From contig JAFAZI010000133.1 in the NCBI GenBank assembly GCA_019239875.1, forward strand, positions 130 to 64,129: 64,000 nucleotides of DNA. Reading direction: 5' to 3'. Below, piece by piece: positions 62,839-64,000 of this stretch; within the stretch, counting starts at the first letter, position 1; each line of letters begins with the position of its first letter. The notes beneath the pieces are model-generated. The model did not search any database. It was not told the origin of the DNA and saw only the letters and a list, made by a program, of their open reading frames with translations. This DNA comes from Frankiaceae bacterium. GTDB taxonomy: Bacteria > Actinomycetota > Actinomycetes > JAFAQI01. The position numbers and the translations under genes are program-made.

Positions 62839-62848
62839 CGGGTCGGTC

Positions 62849-63217
62849 TTACTTGGCGCGGGTGCGCGCGGCGCGTTCCTCACGCAGCTTGCCGAGTGCT
62901 TCTTCGAGCAGCTCGTCGCCCTCTGCCATCGTCCGGCGCATCATCAGGAACTCGAACGGGGTCTTCGGTGGGCCTCCGGCCATCCGCTCTCGCGGTGGTG
63001 GAGCATCCTGCTCCGGGCCCGCCGGCTGGCCGCAGACCTGGCACGCCCACGTCGTCGGCAGCTCGACGTGGAGTGCGAATGCCGGCCGACTCTCATGACC
63101 GGCATGACACCAGTAGGACACGGCTCGGCGCGGTTCGACCACCCCGCCGCGGTCGACCTCCGACCCCGGCGCGCCACCGAGACGACCGCCGCGGATCGTG
63201 GACCGTCGCGAGCCCAT
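62849..63217 (-). CDS. rbpA: RNA polymerase-binding protein RbpA
   Basis: RbpA pattern (…GSRRSTIRGGRLGG…SYWCHAGHE…TWACQVCG…, C-terminal ERR…LEEAL…L helix). Confidence 0.75.
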   Translation of the reverse strand: MGSRRSTIRGGRLGGAPGSEVDRGGVVEPRRAVSYWCHAGHESRPAFALHVELPTTWACQVCGQPAGPEQDAPPPRERMAGGPPKTPFEFLMMRRTMAEGDELLEEALGKLREERAARTRAK

Positions 63218-63249
63218 CTACGTGTCTCCCGTCCTAGTCTGCCGTTGAT

Positions 63250-63453
63250 CTACAGCGCGCGGACGTTCTCCGCCTGCGGACCCTTCTGACCCTGCGTGAC
63301 GTCGAACTCGACGTTCTGGCCCTCGTCGAGCGAGCGGTAGCCGCTTCCCGAGATCGCCGAGAAGTGCACGAAGACGTCAGCACTTCCGTCACTCGGAGCG
63401 ATGAAGCCGTAGCCCTTCTCGCCGTTGAACCACTTGACGGTGCCTTGTGCCAT
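63250..63453 (-). CDS. cspA: cold-shock protein (CspA family)
   Basis: [18 protein letters not shown]…VFVHFSAI, 67 aa. About 110-nt 5' UTR region upstream. Confidence 0.95.
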   Translation of the reverse strand: MAQGTVKWFNGEKGYGFIAPSDGSADVFVHFSAISGSGYRSLDEGQNVEFDVTQGQKGPQAENVRAL

Positions 63454-63565
63454 GAATTCGAGGTCCTTTTTTCAGATGAACGCGACCTGGTCGCGGTGCG
63501 TCCACATCGGGAACGCTGTGATCTCGGACGAGGCTAACACCGAAACCCGGACGAGCGTGCGCGTT

Positions 63566-64000
63566 CTATCCACCGGCGGTCACGAGCTCGGTGAACGCGC
63601 GACCGAAGGCGTACGCGTCACCCGGCCAACGCGCGGAGACATACCGGCCGTCTTGCACCACGAAGGCCGCGGAGTCATCGATCGCCGTACCGCGCTTGGA
63701 CAACACCCGAGGGCCGCGTTCGAACTGCACCTTGGGGTTCGTCAGCGCGTCGCACACCTCGTCCTCGACGTACGCGGAATAGGTCCGGTAATAGCGGCCG
63801 CGCCGCCAGACGGTGGACATGAACGCCGTGCGCTCCATGTACTTGGGCAGGCACGTGGTGCGCATCTCCGCGATCACGCTTCTGCCCGACTCGTCCTTGC
63901 TGCGCGCGAGGACGAGCACGCCATGGCAGATCGCGCCGACCGGTCGACCCAGACCCCAGAACTGCGCGACCTTCGCGTGAAGTGCTTCGCTGCCGAGGTA
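63566..64000 (-). CDS. DJ-1/PfpI-family protein (partial; 5' end beyond window)
   Basis: C-terminal part of a DJ-1/PfpI fold (…HGVLVLARSKDESGRSV…). Confidence 0.5.
   Translation of the reverse strand, partial: YLGSEALHAKVAQFWGLGRPVGAICHGVLVLARSKDESGRSVIAEMRTTCLPKYMERTAFMSTVWRRGRYYRTYSAYVEDEVCDALTNPKVQFERGPRVLSKRGTAIDDSAAFVVQDGRYVSARWPGDAYAFGRAFTELVTAGG

Noticed and set aside
63296-63315. GAAC-N5-GTTC element (TCGAACTCGACGTTCT) inside cspA
   Set aside because: Spacing is N5, not N4. The second half-site is GTTCT, and it is inside the coding sequence, so it is not a credible LexA box.

Overview
This is a high-GC actinomycete (Actinomycetota) chromosomal segment. The strongly supported backbone follows the gene order known from the mycobacterial recA neighbourhood: thyA–folA–dapA–rnj–ftsK–rimO–pgsA–cinA–clgR, then lhr–nei, then DUF3046–recA–recX–rny, then miaB–miaA–dapF–hflX, then lexA–LysM and nrdR–nrdJ. 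recA carries a full-size LAGLIDADG intein at the K251/C site, the same insertion site as the M. tuberculosis RecA intein. LexA (SOS) boxes are readable upstream of recA and in the lexA/LysM divergent region. Several accessory insertions interrupt this backbone. The largest is a ~6.7 kb block of visibly lower GC wedged between the normally adjacent DUF3046 gene and the recA SOS promoter. It encodes a secreted protein of eight Cys-x4-5-Cys repeats, a DUF2625 protein, a PASTA lipoprotein, an ankyrin-repeat protein and small secreted or membrane proteins. A second Cys-repeat secreted paralogue sits in another accessory locus with PAP2 and DksA/TraR-like genes. The other insertions are a tandem pair of paralogous secreted 4-Cys proteins divergent from miaB, a ZnuABC-like transporter with a CPBP protease, tandem VOC genes, a standalone EAL gene, and a minus-strand cluster of two Ddn-type deazaflavin reductases with AKR, an α/β hydrolase and YcaQ. 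No CRISPR array, integrase, transposase or tRNA gene is visible. Many long ORFs in the six-frame track on the strand opposite real genes are stop-codon-poor high-GC artefacts and are not called.
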